From: an uncultured Spirochaetaceae bacterium | GTDB lineage: Bacteria > Spirochaetota > Spirochaetia > CADAEX01 | Length of the DNA: 34,233 nt | Direction: 5' to 3' | Assembly: GCA_902787125.1 (NCBI GenBank) | Contig: CADAEX010000001.1 | Location: 1-34,233 of the forward strand | In this document: in pieces, positions 8,651 to 17,329 of the stretch | How the letters are laid out: every line of letters begins with the position of its first letter | Position numbering within the stretch: position 1 is the first letter of the stretch | The notes under the pieces: model-generated | What the model was told of the DNA's origin: nothing | The model's input: the letters and a program-made list of their open reading frames with translations, nothing else | The model's database searches: none | Position numbers and translations under genes: made by a program

Positions 8651-9267
8651 GATCCCAGCTTTTTCATGAAATTTTTCGCAAAAGTACGGATATACCACTC
8701 AATGTTCTTCTTGTAAAGGTTCAAGGTGAAGAACCGGGCCGCAAGTCCCCGGAGTCTGCATTGGCCTGTATAGTAGATTGTGGCTTTATCCCCCTGATGA
8801 TCTGTTGATATGGTGTAGCTCAAGGTATCGATTATCTTTGTTATCCTCCCTTCATCCACCACGTCCAGCCTTATTCCGTCTGTTCCATTATCCATCGGTT
8901 TTACAGTGAACGATATGGAATATTCCCTGTTCTTCAGAAACCAGAAGTTGAGGGAAAACAGGATCCTGAAAATGCTTCTGTCCTGGATGAACTTCATACT
9001 GTTCAGTGTGCAGGTAAGCTTCTTTGCCTCGGGATCTTCCCGGGTAAGGCCGTCTAAAAGCCAGTTCTCGTAGTCGGCAAAATTCCACAGCACTGCATCT
9101 ATTTTTTCCTTGGAAGCAGAGAGTGATATCTGACCATAGGTGCTGTATCCCTCTTCCCTAGAATAGGTTGTGATAGGGTCCTCTGTCTCGTCAGCCGGCA
9201 GAAAAGGCCCTGTGAACAGGCCAAGCAGAAGAAAACTGAATAGCAGAACGCTGATTTTAGTGCTCAT
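8617..9267 (-). CDS. Secreted hypothetical protein, possibly SRPBCC/START-like
   Basis: Hydrophobic signal peptide. ISLSASKEKIDAVLWNFADYENWL resembles the SRPBCC N-terminal motif. It follows the EamA stop after a 1-bp gap. Confidence 0.6.
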   Translation of the reverse strand: MSTKISVLLFSFLLLGLFTGPFLPADETEDPITTYSREEGYSTYGQISLSASKEKIDAVLWNFADYENWLLDGLTREDPEAKKLTCTLNSMKFIQDRSIFRILFSLNFWFLKNREYSISFTVKPMDNGTDGIRLDVVDEGRITKIIDTLSYTISTDHQGDKATIYYTGQCRLRGLAARFFTLNLYKKNIEWYIRTFAKNFMKKLGSQDLVFFASND

Positions 9268-9268
9268 A

Positions 9269-10117
9269 TCAACCTAATTTTATCAGAACCAGACCGATGG
9301 TGATAAGTATTATACCGATGATCTTCTGCTTGGTAGGCTTTTCTTTGAGCACCACAAAGCCCAGTATGGAGGCCAGGATCACGGAGCATTCCCGGAGTGC
9401 CACAATGTAGCTGGCATGGTTTGACAGGCTGAAGGCAAACATTATGATAAGGTAGGTTCCCAGGGAGCCTAGCCCTATTACAGGGGCATAGGGCAGATGG
9501 TCCAGGTTCTCCCTCACTGTCTTGCCGAACCCTTTCCTGAAGGCAACAGGGTAAACAAGTATGAATGAGGTTATACTCATGACATTTATGCACACTATAG
9601 GATGATTGAAGCCTGCACTCCGGCTGTCTGCCAGGGAGTAGCCTGCTATGGTTATACCTGTGAGGAATGCGAAGAGGCAGCTTGTTATATCCTCCTTGGT
9701 CATGGTGTTGGAAAGTCCTACTGTAAGGATTCCTGATACTATCAGCAATATTCCTGTCCAGCCTGTGGCAGAGACATAATCATGGAGCACAAATACAGCC
9801 ACCAGGGCAGTCAGGGCAACGCCGGTACCTCTGGAGATAGGGTATGCTGCTGAAATATCACCGAACTTGTAGGAGTTGAACAAGGTTATGTAGTAAAAGC
9901 AGTGGAATGTGGCTGATGTCAGGATTGGAATCGCACCCTGCCAGTTGAAGCCGTTTCTTGCGATTATGACGATGGTGAAGGGGAGCAGTATCATGTTGAT
10001 GCACATGGAACCCAGCCAGAAGACAGGCAGATTGCCGGATATTTTCTTGGATAAGAAGTTCCAGCTGGCATGGGCCACCGCAGCCAGAATGACTAGAAAA
10101 AATACAAACGAGCTCAT
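9269..10117 (-). CDS. DMT/EamA family transporter
   Basis: About 10 hydrophobic segments; HASWNFLSKK, GDISAAYPISRG, ALRECSV and LKEK motifs. Confidence 0.9.
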   Translation of the reverse strand: MSSFVFFLVILAAVAHASWNFLSKKISGNLPVFWLGSMCINMILLPFTIVIIARNGFNWQGAIPILTSATFHCFYYITLFNSYKFGDISAAYPISRGTGVALTALVAVFVLHDYVSATGWTGILLIVSGILTVGLSNTMTKEDITSCLFAFLTGITIAGYSLADSRSAGFNHPIVCINVMSITSFILVYPVAFRKGFGKTVRENLDHLPYAPVIGLGSLGTYLIIMFAFSLSNHASYIVALRECSVILASILGFVVLKEKPTKQKIIGIILITIGLVLIKLG

Positions 10118-10126
10118 TCTTTTTTT

Positions 10127-10155
10127 ATTTTAATACGCGTATTTTCGGTTGTCAA
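10127..10155 (-). promoter_or_regulatory. Sigma70-type promoter of EamA, near-leaderless
   Basis: TTGACA-N17-TAAAAT-N9-ATG(10117); no SD present. Confidence 0.7.
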
Positions 10156-10177
10156 TTCAGAAAGCTCAGTCCTATTC

Positions 10178-10206
10178 TTGCATATATAATAATTATAGGA
10201 TATTCT
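10178..10206 (+). promoter_or_regulatory. Candidate sigma70 promoter of uvrA
   Basis: TTGCAT-N17-TATTCT. A second candidate, TTGTCA-N18-TATTCT, lies at 10149-10178. Confidence 0.45.
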
Positions 10207-10238
10207 TTACTCTGTATAACTATGTACTTTGGAGTATT

Positions 10239-13064
10239 ATGAATAAGATTATTATAAAAGGGGCAAGGGAGCACAACCTCAAGAATATTGATGTGGAGCT
10301 GCCCAGAGATCAGCTTGTGGTCATATCCGGCTTGAGCGGCTCCGGGAAGTCATCCCTGGCCTTTGATACTATATTTGCTGAGGGACAGCGGCGCTATGTG
10401 GAATCCCTCTCATCCTATGCCAGGATGTTCCTGGGGCGGATGGAAAAGCCTGACCTGGATTATATTGAGGGCCTTTCTCCTGCCATCTCCATAGAGCAGA
10501 AGACCACCCACAGAAACCCCCGTTCCACAGTTGGAACTGTAACAGAGATATATGACTATTTCCGTCTTCTCTTTGCCCGTATCGGCGTGGTGCATTGTCC
10601 TCAGTGCGGCAGGGAGATTCATGAGCAGTCTGTGGACCAGATCCTGGATGTGATCTATGCATTTCCCGACGGAACCAAGATGACAGTTCTGGCTCCTATG
10701 GTCTATGGAAAGAAGGGGGAGCACGAGAAGCTTATCTCCGATGCTGCCAAGGCAGGCTTTGCCCGGATCAGACTGAATGGGGAAATAAGGGAGCTTACCG
10801 AGACCATAACACTGGACAAGAAGAAAAAGCATTCCATCGACATAGTGGTGGACCGTATCAAGAAGAGCCAGGAGAACAAGAGCCGACTCAGCGAGGCTGT
10901 GGAGACAGCTGTCCATACCAGCGGCGGCCGCGTCATTGTCTCTGTAATGGAGGAGGGGGGCAGCAGCAAGGACTACTACTTCTCAGAGAAGAACTCATGT
11001 CCAGACTGCAACATCAGTATTCCGGAACTGCAGCCAAGGCTTTTCTCCTTCAACAACCCATACGGCGCCTGCCCATCCTGTGCAGGACTTGGCATAACCA
11101 TGGAGTATGACGAGAAGCTTATAATGCCGGACACGAGCCTTTCCTACAACGAGGGGGGCATACTGCCTTTCACACCCAAGTCGGCCTGGTACCACAGCTG
11201 GTTCGAGGCATTGGCCAAGGCATATAACTTCTCCCTGGACACACCACTCAAGGATCTGCCCAAGAAGATAATGCACATCCTTTACCACGGCTCCGACAAG
11301 GTGCTCCATATCTCCTACAAGAGCAGGCAGGGAGACCATACATCGGACTACAACAAGCCTTTCCCAGGCATCTTCAAGGAGCTGGAGCGGCGGCACAGGG
11401 GATCCTTCTCCGACAGCATGAGGGAATACATAGAATCCTTCATGAGCCAGCGGGAATGCACCGCCTGCCACGGCGCCCGCCTCAGGCCCGAGGCCCTGGC
11501 TGTCACTATCGGCGGCAGGAACATAGAGCAGCTTACATCATCCTCAGTGCAGGAGCTTAAAGCATTCTTTGACAAGCTGGAGCTCTCCGACACGGAGAAG
11601 CAGATTTCAGGTCAGATCATGAAGGAGATCAAGGCACGTCTTCAGTTCCTGGATTCTGTAGGGCTTGGCTACCTGACCCTGAACAGAAAGGCGGCCACCC
11701 TGTCAGGGGGCGAGGCCCAGCGCATAAGGCTGGCCACCCAGATCGGCAGCTCCCTGGTGGGTGTCCTCTATATACTGGATGAGCCTACCATAGGTCTCCA
11801 CCAGCGGGACAACGAGAAGCTTATAGATACACTCAAACATCTGCGGGATATAGGCAACACCCTTATTGTGGTGGAGCATGATGAGCAGACTATCAGAGCT
11901 GCCGACTATGTGGTGGAGCTGGGCCCCGGCGCCGGTGTCCACGGCGGCAGCATAGTTGCCCAGGGGACAGTGAAGGAACTTCTCAAGAACAAGAAGAGCA
12001 TAACTGCAAAGTTCCTGAACGGTGAGGAGAAGGTGGAGGTCAAGGAGAAGACCCGGATTCCCAACAATCATTGGATAACCATAAAAGGGGCAAAGGAGCA
12101 TAACCTCAAGAACATCGATGTGAAGTTCCCCCTGGGCAAGCTGGTGGTTGTGACTGGTGTATCAGGCAGCGGCAAGTCCAGCCTGGTGAACGACATCCTG
12201 TTCCCGGCCGCCTACAACCGGCTCAACCGTGCCTCTGAACCGGAGGGTGCATATAAGAGCATCTCCGGCCTTGAATACATAGACAAGATCATAAACATAG
12301 ACCAGTCGGCAATCGGACGCACACCCCGGTCCAACCCGGCCACATATGTGGAGGTCTTCGGAGCCCTCCGGGACCTGTTTGCCGAAGTGCCCGAGGCAAA
12401 GGCCAAAGGCTACAAGCCGGGCCGGTTCTCCTTCAATGTGAAGGGCGGCCGGTGCGAGAACTGCGAGGGTGGCGGCACCATCAAGATCGAGATGCACTTC
12501 CTCCCCGATGTCTACATAACCTGTGATGTCTGCGGCGGAAAGCGGTTCAACAGGGACACCCTGGAGATCCGCTACAAGGGCAAGAACATCTACGAGGTGC
12601 TGGAGATGACAGTGGAGGAGGCCTGCCTCTTCTTCAAGAACAACACGATCATAAGCCGCAAGCTCAATGCTCTGCGGGATGTAGGCCTTGGCTATATAAA
12701 GCTGGGACAGTCGGCCCTGACTCTGTCGGGCGGCGAGGCCCAGCGTGTCAAGCTGGCCTTTGAGCTTTCCAAGGTCAGCACCGGCAAGACCCTCTACATA
12801 CTGGATGAGCCTACCACAGGATTACATTTTGCCGACGTCAAGCAGCTTATGGAAGTTATAGAGAAGATTGTGGCCAAGGGCAATTCCGTGGTGATAATCG
12901 AGCACAATATGGATGTCATCAGAATGGCAGACTACATAATAGACTTAGGCCCTGAAGGGGGCACCGGCGGCGGCACAGTTGTGGCCGCAGGCACTCCCGA
13001 GGAGATTGCCAAATGTCCAGCCTCCTACACAGGCCGGTTCCTTAAGGAGATGTACCGCCTCTGA
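10239..13064 (+). CDS. uvrA: Excinuclease ABC subunit A
   Basis: GAREHNLKNI, two Walker A motifs (GLSGSGKSS, GVSGSGKSS), zinc fingers and LSGGEAQR twice. Start moved to ATG 10239, which has SD GGAG at 10231. Confidence 0.98.
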   Translation: MNKIIIKGAREHNLKNIDVELPRDQLVVISGLSGSGKSSLAFDTIFAEGQRRYVESLSSYARMFLGRMEKPDLDYIEGLSPAISIEQKTTHRNPRSTVGTVTEIYDYFRLLFARIGVVHCPQCGREIHEQSVDQILDVIYAFPDGTKMTVLAPMVYGKKGEHEKLISDAAKAGFARIRLNGEIRELTETITLDKKKKHSIDIVVDRIKKSQENKSRLSEAVETAVHTSGGRVIVSVMEEGGSSKDYYFSEKNSCPDCNISIPELQPRLFSFNNPYGACPSCAGLGITMEYDEKLIMPDTSLSYNEGGILPFTPKSAWYHSWFEALAKAYNFSLDTPLKDLPKKIMHILYHGSDKVLHISYKSRQGDHTSDYNKPFPGIFKELERRHRGSFSDSMREYIESFMSQRECTACHGARLRPEALAVTIGGRNIEQLTSSSVQELKAFFDKLELSDTEKQISGQIMKEIKARLQFLDSVGLGYLTLNRKAATLSGGEAQRIRLATQIGSSLVGVLYILDEPTIGLHQRDNEKLIDTLKHLRDIGNTLIVVEHDEQTIRAADYVVELGPGAGVHGGSIVAQGTVKELLKNKKSITAKFLNGEEKVEVKEKTRIPNNHWITIKGAKEHNLKNIDVKFPLGKLVVVTGVSGSGKSSLVNDILFPAAYNRLNRASEPEGAYKSISGLEYIDKIINIDQSAIGRTPRSNPATYVEVFGALRDLFAEVPEAKAKGYKPGRFSFNVKGGRCENCEGGGTIKIEMHFLPDVYITCDVCGGKRFNRDTLEIRYKGKNIYEVLEMTVEEACLFFKNNTIISRKLNALRDVGLGYIKLGQSALTLSGGEAQRVKLAFELSKVSTGKTLYILDEPTTGLHFADVKQLMEVIEKIVAKGNSVVIIEHNMDVIRMADYIIDLGPEGGTGGGTVVAAGTPEEIAKCPASYTGRFLKEMYRL

Positions 13065-16000
13065 TGAGAAAGCTTCTGCTGCTGTTTACAGTTCTGTTCC
13101 TCATTTCTGCATTCCCGGCCCTGGCCCAGGATGCTGGGGAACAGCCGGCTGGAACTGCACAGCAGGGCGACAAGGACACTCTTTTCTACCGCACCTTGGT
13201 TCGGGATATAGAGACTGCCAGCTACACCGAGCTGGTGGAGTGGTGCCGGACTGTGGGAGTGCCTGAGAATGGCGAAAGCGACACCCTTAAGAAGCGGCTT
13301 TTAGACTATTTTGAGCTTGAGAGCCAGCCCCCTGAGAAGAAGAACGGGGATACCTTCATCATCAGAAGTTCTGACAAGACCCGCTACTTCAATGTGGAGC
13401 AGGCAGACGAGAACTATGTCACCATAAGCGGCGGCGTAACACTGGAAGTCAACGAGGAGAAGGAGAATGTCCTCCACCAGATCCAGGCTGACAAGCTTGT
13501 CTACAACCAGAAGAAGCAGCTTATGACTGCCGAGGGCAATGTAATCTACACCAGGAAGGTCAAGGACAAGGAAGAGAAGTATTTCGGCGACAAGCTCACC
13601 TTTGATCTGGACGACTGGAGCGGAGTCTTCTTCCAGGGTATCTCTGAGAAGACCATAGATATGAAGGGTAACGATACCAAGTTCTTCTATTCCGGCGACA
13701 AGATATTCAAGTCGGGCAAGAATGTATCTGTCATGGAGAATGCCACCATCACCTCCAACGGCAATCCCGAGACCTCGTATTACAGGCTCAAGGCCAAGAA
13801 GATATGGCTTCTGGCGCCGGGAGAGTGGGGAGTGCGCAATGCTGTACTCTATGTGGGCAATGTCCCCATGTTCTACTTCCCCTTCTTCTTCAAGCCGGGA
13901 GACCGTTTTGTATTCCGTCCTTCAGTGGGATATCATGATGTGAAAGGACACTTTATCCAGACCACCACCTACTTCAAGGGAGAACCGACAGAAAGCGGCG
14001 AGAACCTCTCTTTCCTGGCAGCCTCAGATGCCGAGGACAGGCTTTACGAGAAGGAACTTAACGGCCTTTACCTTCGCCGTACCGACACTCTCAAGGAGAA
14101 CCCGGATGATGATTCATACGTCAAGCTCATGGTTGATGCCTACTATAACCTGGGACTTTACGGAGCTCTTCAGGGAGACCTGAACAAGACTGACCATATA
14201 AACGAGACCAAGTTCTATCTGGGTTTTGCCAAGACCCGTAACATATACGATTACTCAGGCTACAGCACTCCATACTATCAGTATGATGACGGCAGCCTGG
14301 ACGACTACTGGAACAAAGGCTATTTCGGCAGCACCGAGCTGCCATTCCGATACGGAGCAGAGCTGAATACCGGAATTGAGTTCAAATACTTCAAGTCCAC
14401 ACTCTCCTTCGATATCTATTCAGACCCGTATCTCCTCCGGGATTTCGAGAACCGCAGCGAGAACATGAACTGGGGCAAGATCCTGGGAATGGAGGAGGAT
14501 GTGGAGGATGAGGAAGACGAATATACCGGTGTCCGGGACCGTCTGTACTGGCTGTTCCACACTGAGTTCGATCCTACATTCAAGATTTTCGGCAACTATT
14601 TTGACCTTCAGGTGACCAAGCTTGACTTCTATATGAACTGGAAGAACAAGGCACGGGACATCTCCGGCTTCAAGGGACTTGATCCGTCTGAAGACAGATA
14701 TGTGGACCCAGGGCATAAGACCGATTACAGCTTCCCGGAGGCCACTTTCTACTATCCTGAGAACTATGTTCTTCCTGATCTGGCTGTCAAGGTGGACGGC
14801 ACTATCTTTGACCGGACTTTCAACAGGGACACTGCCCGGGAATCACGGGAGCAGCGCCGGGCTAAGGAGCTTGAGGAACGCAAGGCGGCCCAGGAGGCAG
14901 AGGAATCGGAGGAATCCGAGGAGGAGAAGGCAAGGAAGAAACAGCTTGCAGAGCAGCTCAAGGCTAAGGTCCAGTCTCCTTTTGCAGATGAGAAGGAGGA
15001 TGGGAAGGAGGAAATCTGGGGACTCCGTACCCCTGATGATATCTCTGATATCCCGATAACTCTCTATTCCGACAGGAACTTCTTTGAGCACAACCTGGGA
15101 TACCTGATCACCCCTAACTTCATCATAGATAACCGTCTCAAGGATGCCGATGTCCTTGTACCAAGCGATGTGGACTTTGACCGTACCTATTCTGTAATGC
15201 GTACATACGGTGAAGGAAAGCTCATGTACAAGGCCGGAATCCTGAATACACTGTTCACCATCAACGAGGATCTGGTGTTCAGCGGCGAGTACCGTAAGCA
15301 TGCCAACCGGGACGAGACTCTTACCGATAATGAGTGGGATAGCCTCAGACTTCAGGATTATATGTCTTCCAACTATCAGATCGAGAACGACCTGATGCTT
15401 AAGACTATGCCTCTTTTCATGTTTGACCGGATATCTGAAAGCTATCTTTCCTACTCGGTGGACACCATATTGTTCAAGAAGAGCTTTGACTATATAGACG
15501 ATAAGGATGATCCTGTATATGTTGAGGACACCTTCGAATGGGACAAGGAATATTTCAAGAAGCATGAGGCAGAGCTTATGCTCAGCTATCTTTCCGGCTG
15601 GCGGCAGTTCCAGACAGCCCGCTTCAAGACTGTTATGGAGCCTCTGAACAGGGAATTTGAGAATGAGGATATCATGCGCACCGGCCCCCTCACTTCATCA
15701 ATGTTCTTCAGGATGAAGGAGAATGATGATGGTGATGTCTTATACGATCCACTCAGGTTCACTGAGCGGCTTGAATATGGAAACAGCTATCTGCAGGGTA
15801 TTTACAGACAGAACCTGCAGCACAGCTATGCCCAGGATTACGAGCTGGAGGGCAAGATCAGCTTCTTCGATGACGACCTCTATTTCAAGCAGAGCTATAT
15901 GTATAATATTCACGAGGGACATCATCAGGAGGCAATATCAACTCTGAACCTGTGGTATCTGAACCTTATGTACAAGGCAGAGTGGATGCGCCCATACTAC

Positions 16001-16588
16001 TATGAGGATGGTGTAGGCTGGCTCCAGGAGGATGATGAGGATTTTGTTCCGTCAAAGTTTGTTGCCACATTGAACTTCTCCAAGTATGGAAAGCCTTTCT
16101 GGCGCAACAGGATAAGATATAAGACCGAGGCCAACATAGGGTACAACATGGATCTCCAGAAGTTCACCGACAACGCCCTGACTGCAAGCTTCGGCTTCCA
16201 TGCAAATATTTACAGGCTCTTTGATATCTCCTTCAAGACCACATCGGAGAACAACAGCACTTACCGCTATTCCAAGTCAAAGGCTGACAAAGTGGGTGAG
16301 GAATATATAAATCCGTTCACCGACCTGTGGAAATCCTTCTCCTTCTGGGACAAGGACAAACGGTATGAGTCAGGCTTCAAGCTGAAGAGCCTGGAGACAA
16401 AGATAGTACATCATCTGGGGGACTGGGATCTTTCCTATACCTACAAAGGATATCCTGAGCTGGATTCTTCGGGACAGACTCCGGAGTGGGACTGGAAGTC
16501 TGAGTTCTGCATCCTGGTGCAGTGGAACCCTATACCGGAGCTCAAGACCCAGGTCAGGAAGAACAAGGAAGACAGGTATACAATGTGA
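13064..16588 (+). CDS. lptD: Large LptD-like outer-membrane assembly protein
   Basis: Signal peptide; OstA/LptA-like beta-jellyroll region (IQADKLVYNQ...AEGNVIY); YRLKAKKIWLLAPGEW...LYVGNVPMFYFPFF; long aromatic-rich beta-strand C-terminal region. TGATG coupling to uvrA. Confidence 0.75.
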   Translation: MRKLLLLFTVLFLISAFPALAQDAGEQPAGTAQQGDKDTLFYRTLVRDIETASYTELVEWCRTVGVPENGESDTLKKRLLDYFELESQPPEKKNGDTFIIRSSDKTRYFNVEQADENYVTISGGVTLEVNEEKENVLHQIQADKLVYNQKKQLMTAEGNVIYTRKVKDKEEKYFGDKLTFDLDDWSGVFFQGISEKTIDMKGNDTKFFYSGDKIFKSGKNVSVMENATITSNGNPETSYYRLKAKKIWLLAPGEWGVRNAVLYVGNVPMFYFPFFFKPGDRFVFRPSVGYHDVKGHFIQTTTYFKGEPTESGENLSFLAASDAEDRLYEKELNGLYLRRTDTLKENPDDDSYVKLMVDAYYNLGLYGALQGDLNKTDHINETKFYLGFAKTRNIYDYSGYSTPYYQYDDGSLDDYWNKGYFGSTELPFRYGAELNTGIEFKYFKSTLSFDIYSDPYLLRDFENRSENMNWGKILGMEEDVEDEEDEYTGVRDRLYWLFHTEFDPTFKIFGNYFDLQVTKLDFYMNWKNKARDISGFKGLDPSEDRYVDPGHKTDYSFPEATFYYPENYVLPDLAVKVDGTIFDRTFNRDTARESREQRRAKELEERKAAQEAEESEESEEEKARKKQLAEQLKAKVQSPFADEKEDGKEEIWGLRTPDDISDIPITLYSDRNFFEHNLGYLITPNFIIDNRLKDADVLVPSDVDFDRTYSVMRTYGEGKLMYKAGILNTLFTINEDLVFSGEYRKHANRDETLTDNEWDSLRLQDYMSSNYQIENDLMLKTMPLFMFDRISESYLSYSVDTILFKKSFDYIDDKDDPVYVEDTFEWDKEYFKKHEAELMLSYLSGWRQFQTARFKTVMEPLNREFENEDIMRTGPLTSSMFFRMKENDDGDVLYDPLRFTERLEYGNSYLQGIYRQNLQHSYAQDYELEGKISFFDDDLYFKQSYMYNIHEGHHQEAISTLNLWYLNLMYKAEWMRPYYYEDGVGWLQEDDEDFVPSKFVATLNFSKYGKPFWRNRIRYKTEANIGYNMDLQKFTDNALTASFGFHANIYRLFDISFKTTSENNSTYRYSKSKADKVGEEYINPFTDLWKSFSFWDKDKRYESGFKLKSLETKIVHHLGDWDLSYTYKGYPELDSSGQTPEWDWKSEFCILVQWNPIPELKTQVRKNKEDRYTM

Positions 16589-17328
16589 TGTATCTTGCTA
16601 TGCCATTTTCAGACAGAAAAGCAGAGGTCTGCATCTCCCTGGCAGCTGCCGGCGACATGGGTGCCAACACAGAGCCCCACCTGGCGCACCGGGAGGCCTT
16701 TTTCAAGGCCTCGGGGCTCCCGGACCCGGAGCAGTACCCGCTGGTGCTGGAGCAGGTGCATTCCCACGTCATCTACGACGCAGAGGAGCTTGCTGGCCAT
16801 GGCTCAGCCGCCGACGCCCAAGGGCTGTTCCCCGGGGACGGCATAATATCCCGGGTGCCGAGAGCCCTGGGTGTCTCGGTGGCAGACTGCGTCCCCATAT
16901 TTCTCCGAGACACCCGCACCGGTGCGGTGGGAGCTTTCCATTCGGGCTGGAAGGGAACCGGCATAGCGGCCGAAGGTGCCCTGCGGATGGCAGAGGAATA
17001 TGGGTGCCGGCTTCAGGATATGGAGGCCTTGATCGGTCCTGCCATAGGTGGATGCTGCTACCGGGTGGAGCAGGAGCGGTATGACTTTTTTCTCAAGAGC
17101 TTCGGTCCCGCAGGTGTGACTTGCACCAAGACAAAAGATGGTGAAACTATTTATAGTTTAGATTTAAAACTGATAAATTTTGAACTTTTATCAAAGTTGA
17201 ATTTGAAAAAAATAATAAAATCTGAGGCCTGCACCTGCTGCGACACCAGGTTTTTCTCTTTCCGCAGGGCAATGGCAGAGGGGGCTCATTTCTCCCGGAT
17301 GCTTGCATATATAAAAATTTTAGAATAA
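16588..17328 (+). CDS. pgeF: YfiH/PgeF family (laccase-domain) protein
   Basis: QVHS, ADCVPI, HSGWKG, IGPAIGGCCY, CTCC and FFSFRR motifs. The ATG at 16588 (TGATG coupling) is preferred over the track start at 16522. Confidence 0.9.
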   Translation: MYLAMPFSDRKAEVCISLAAAGDMGANTEPHLAHREAFFKASGLPDPEQYPLVLEQVHSHVIYDAEELAGHGSAADAQGLFPGDGIISRVPRALGVSVADCVPIFLRDTRTGAVGAFHSGWKGTGIAAEGALRMAEEYGCRLQDMEALIGPAIGGCCYRVEQERYDFFLKSFGPAGVTCTKTKDGETIYSLDLKLINFELLSKLNLKKIIKSEACTCCDTRFFSFRRAMAEGAHFSRMLAYIKILE

Positions 17329-17329
17329 G

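Noticed and set aside
10149-10238. N-terminal extension of UvrA given in the ORF track
   Set aside because: AT-rich promoter DNA; the conserved protein and the SD point to ATG 10239.
14843-15565. 240-aa minus-strand ORF, and similar shadows such as 5829..6539, 21496..22095 and 26711..27409
   Set aside because: They lie antisense to well-supported genes and show no motifs or initiation signals.
17302-17313. CTTGCATATATA repeated upstream of argS and uvrA (10177-10188) as a shared operator
   Set aside because: Only two copies, low complexity, upstream of functionally unrelated genes, and explainable as -35-like AT-rich sequence.
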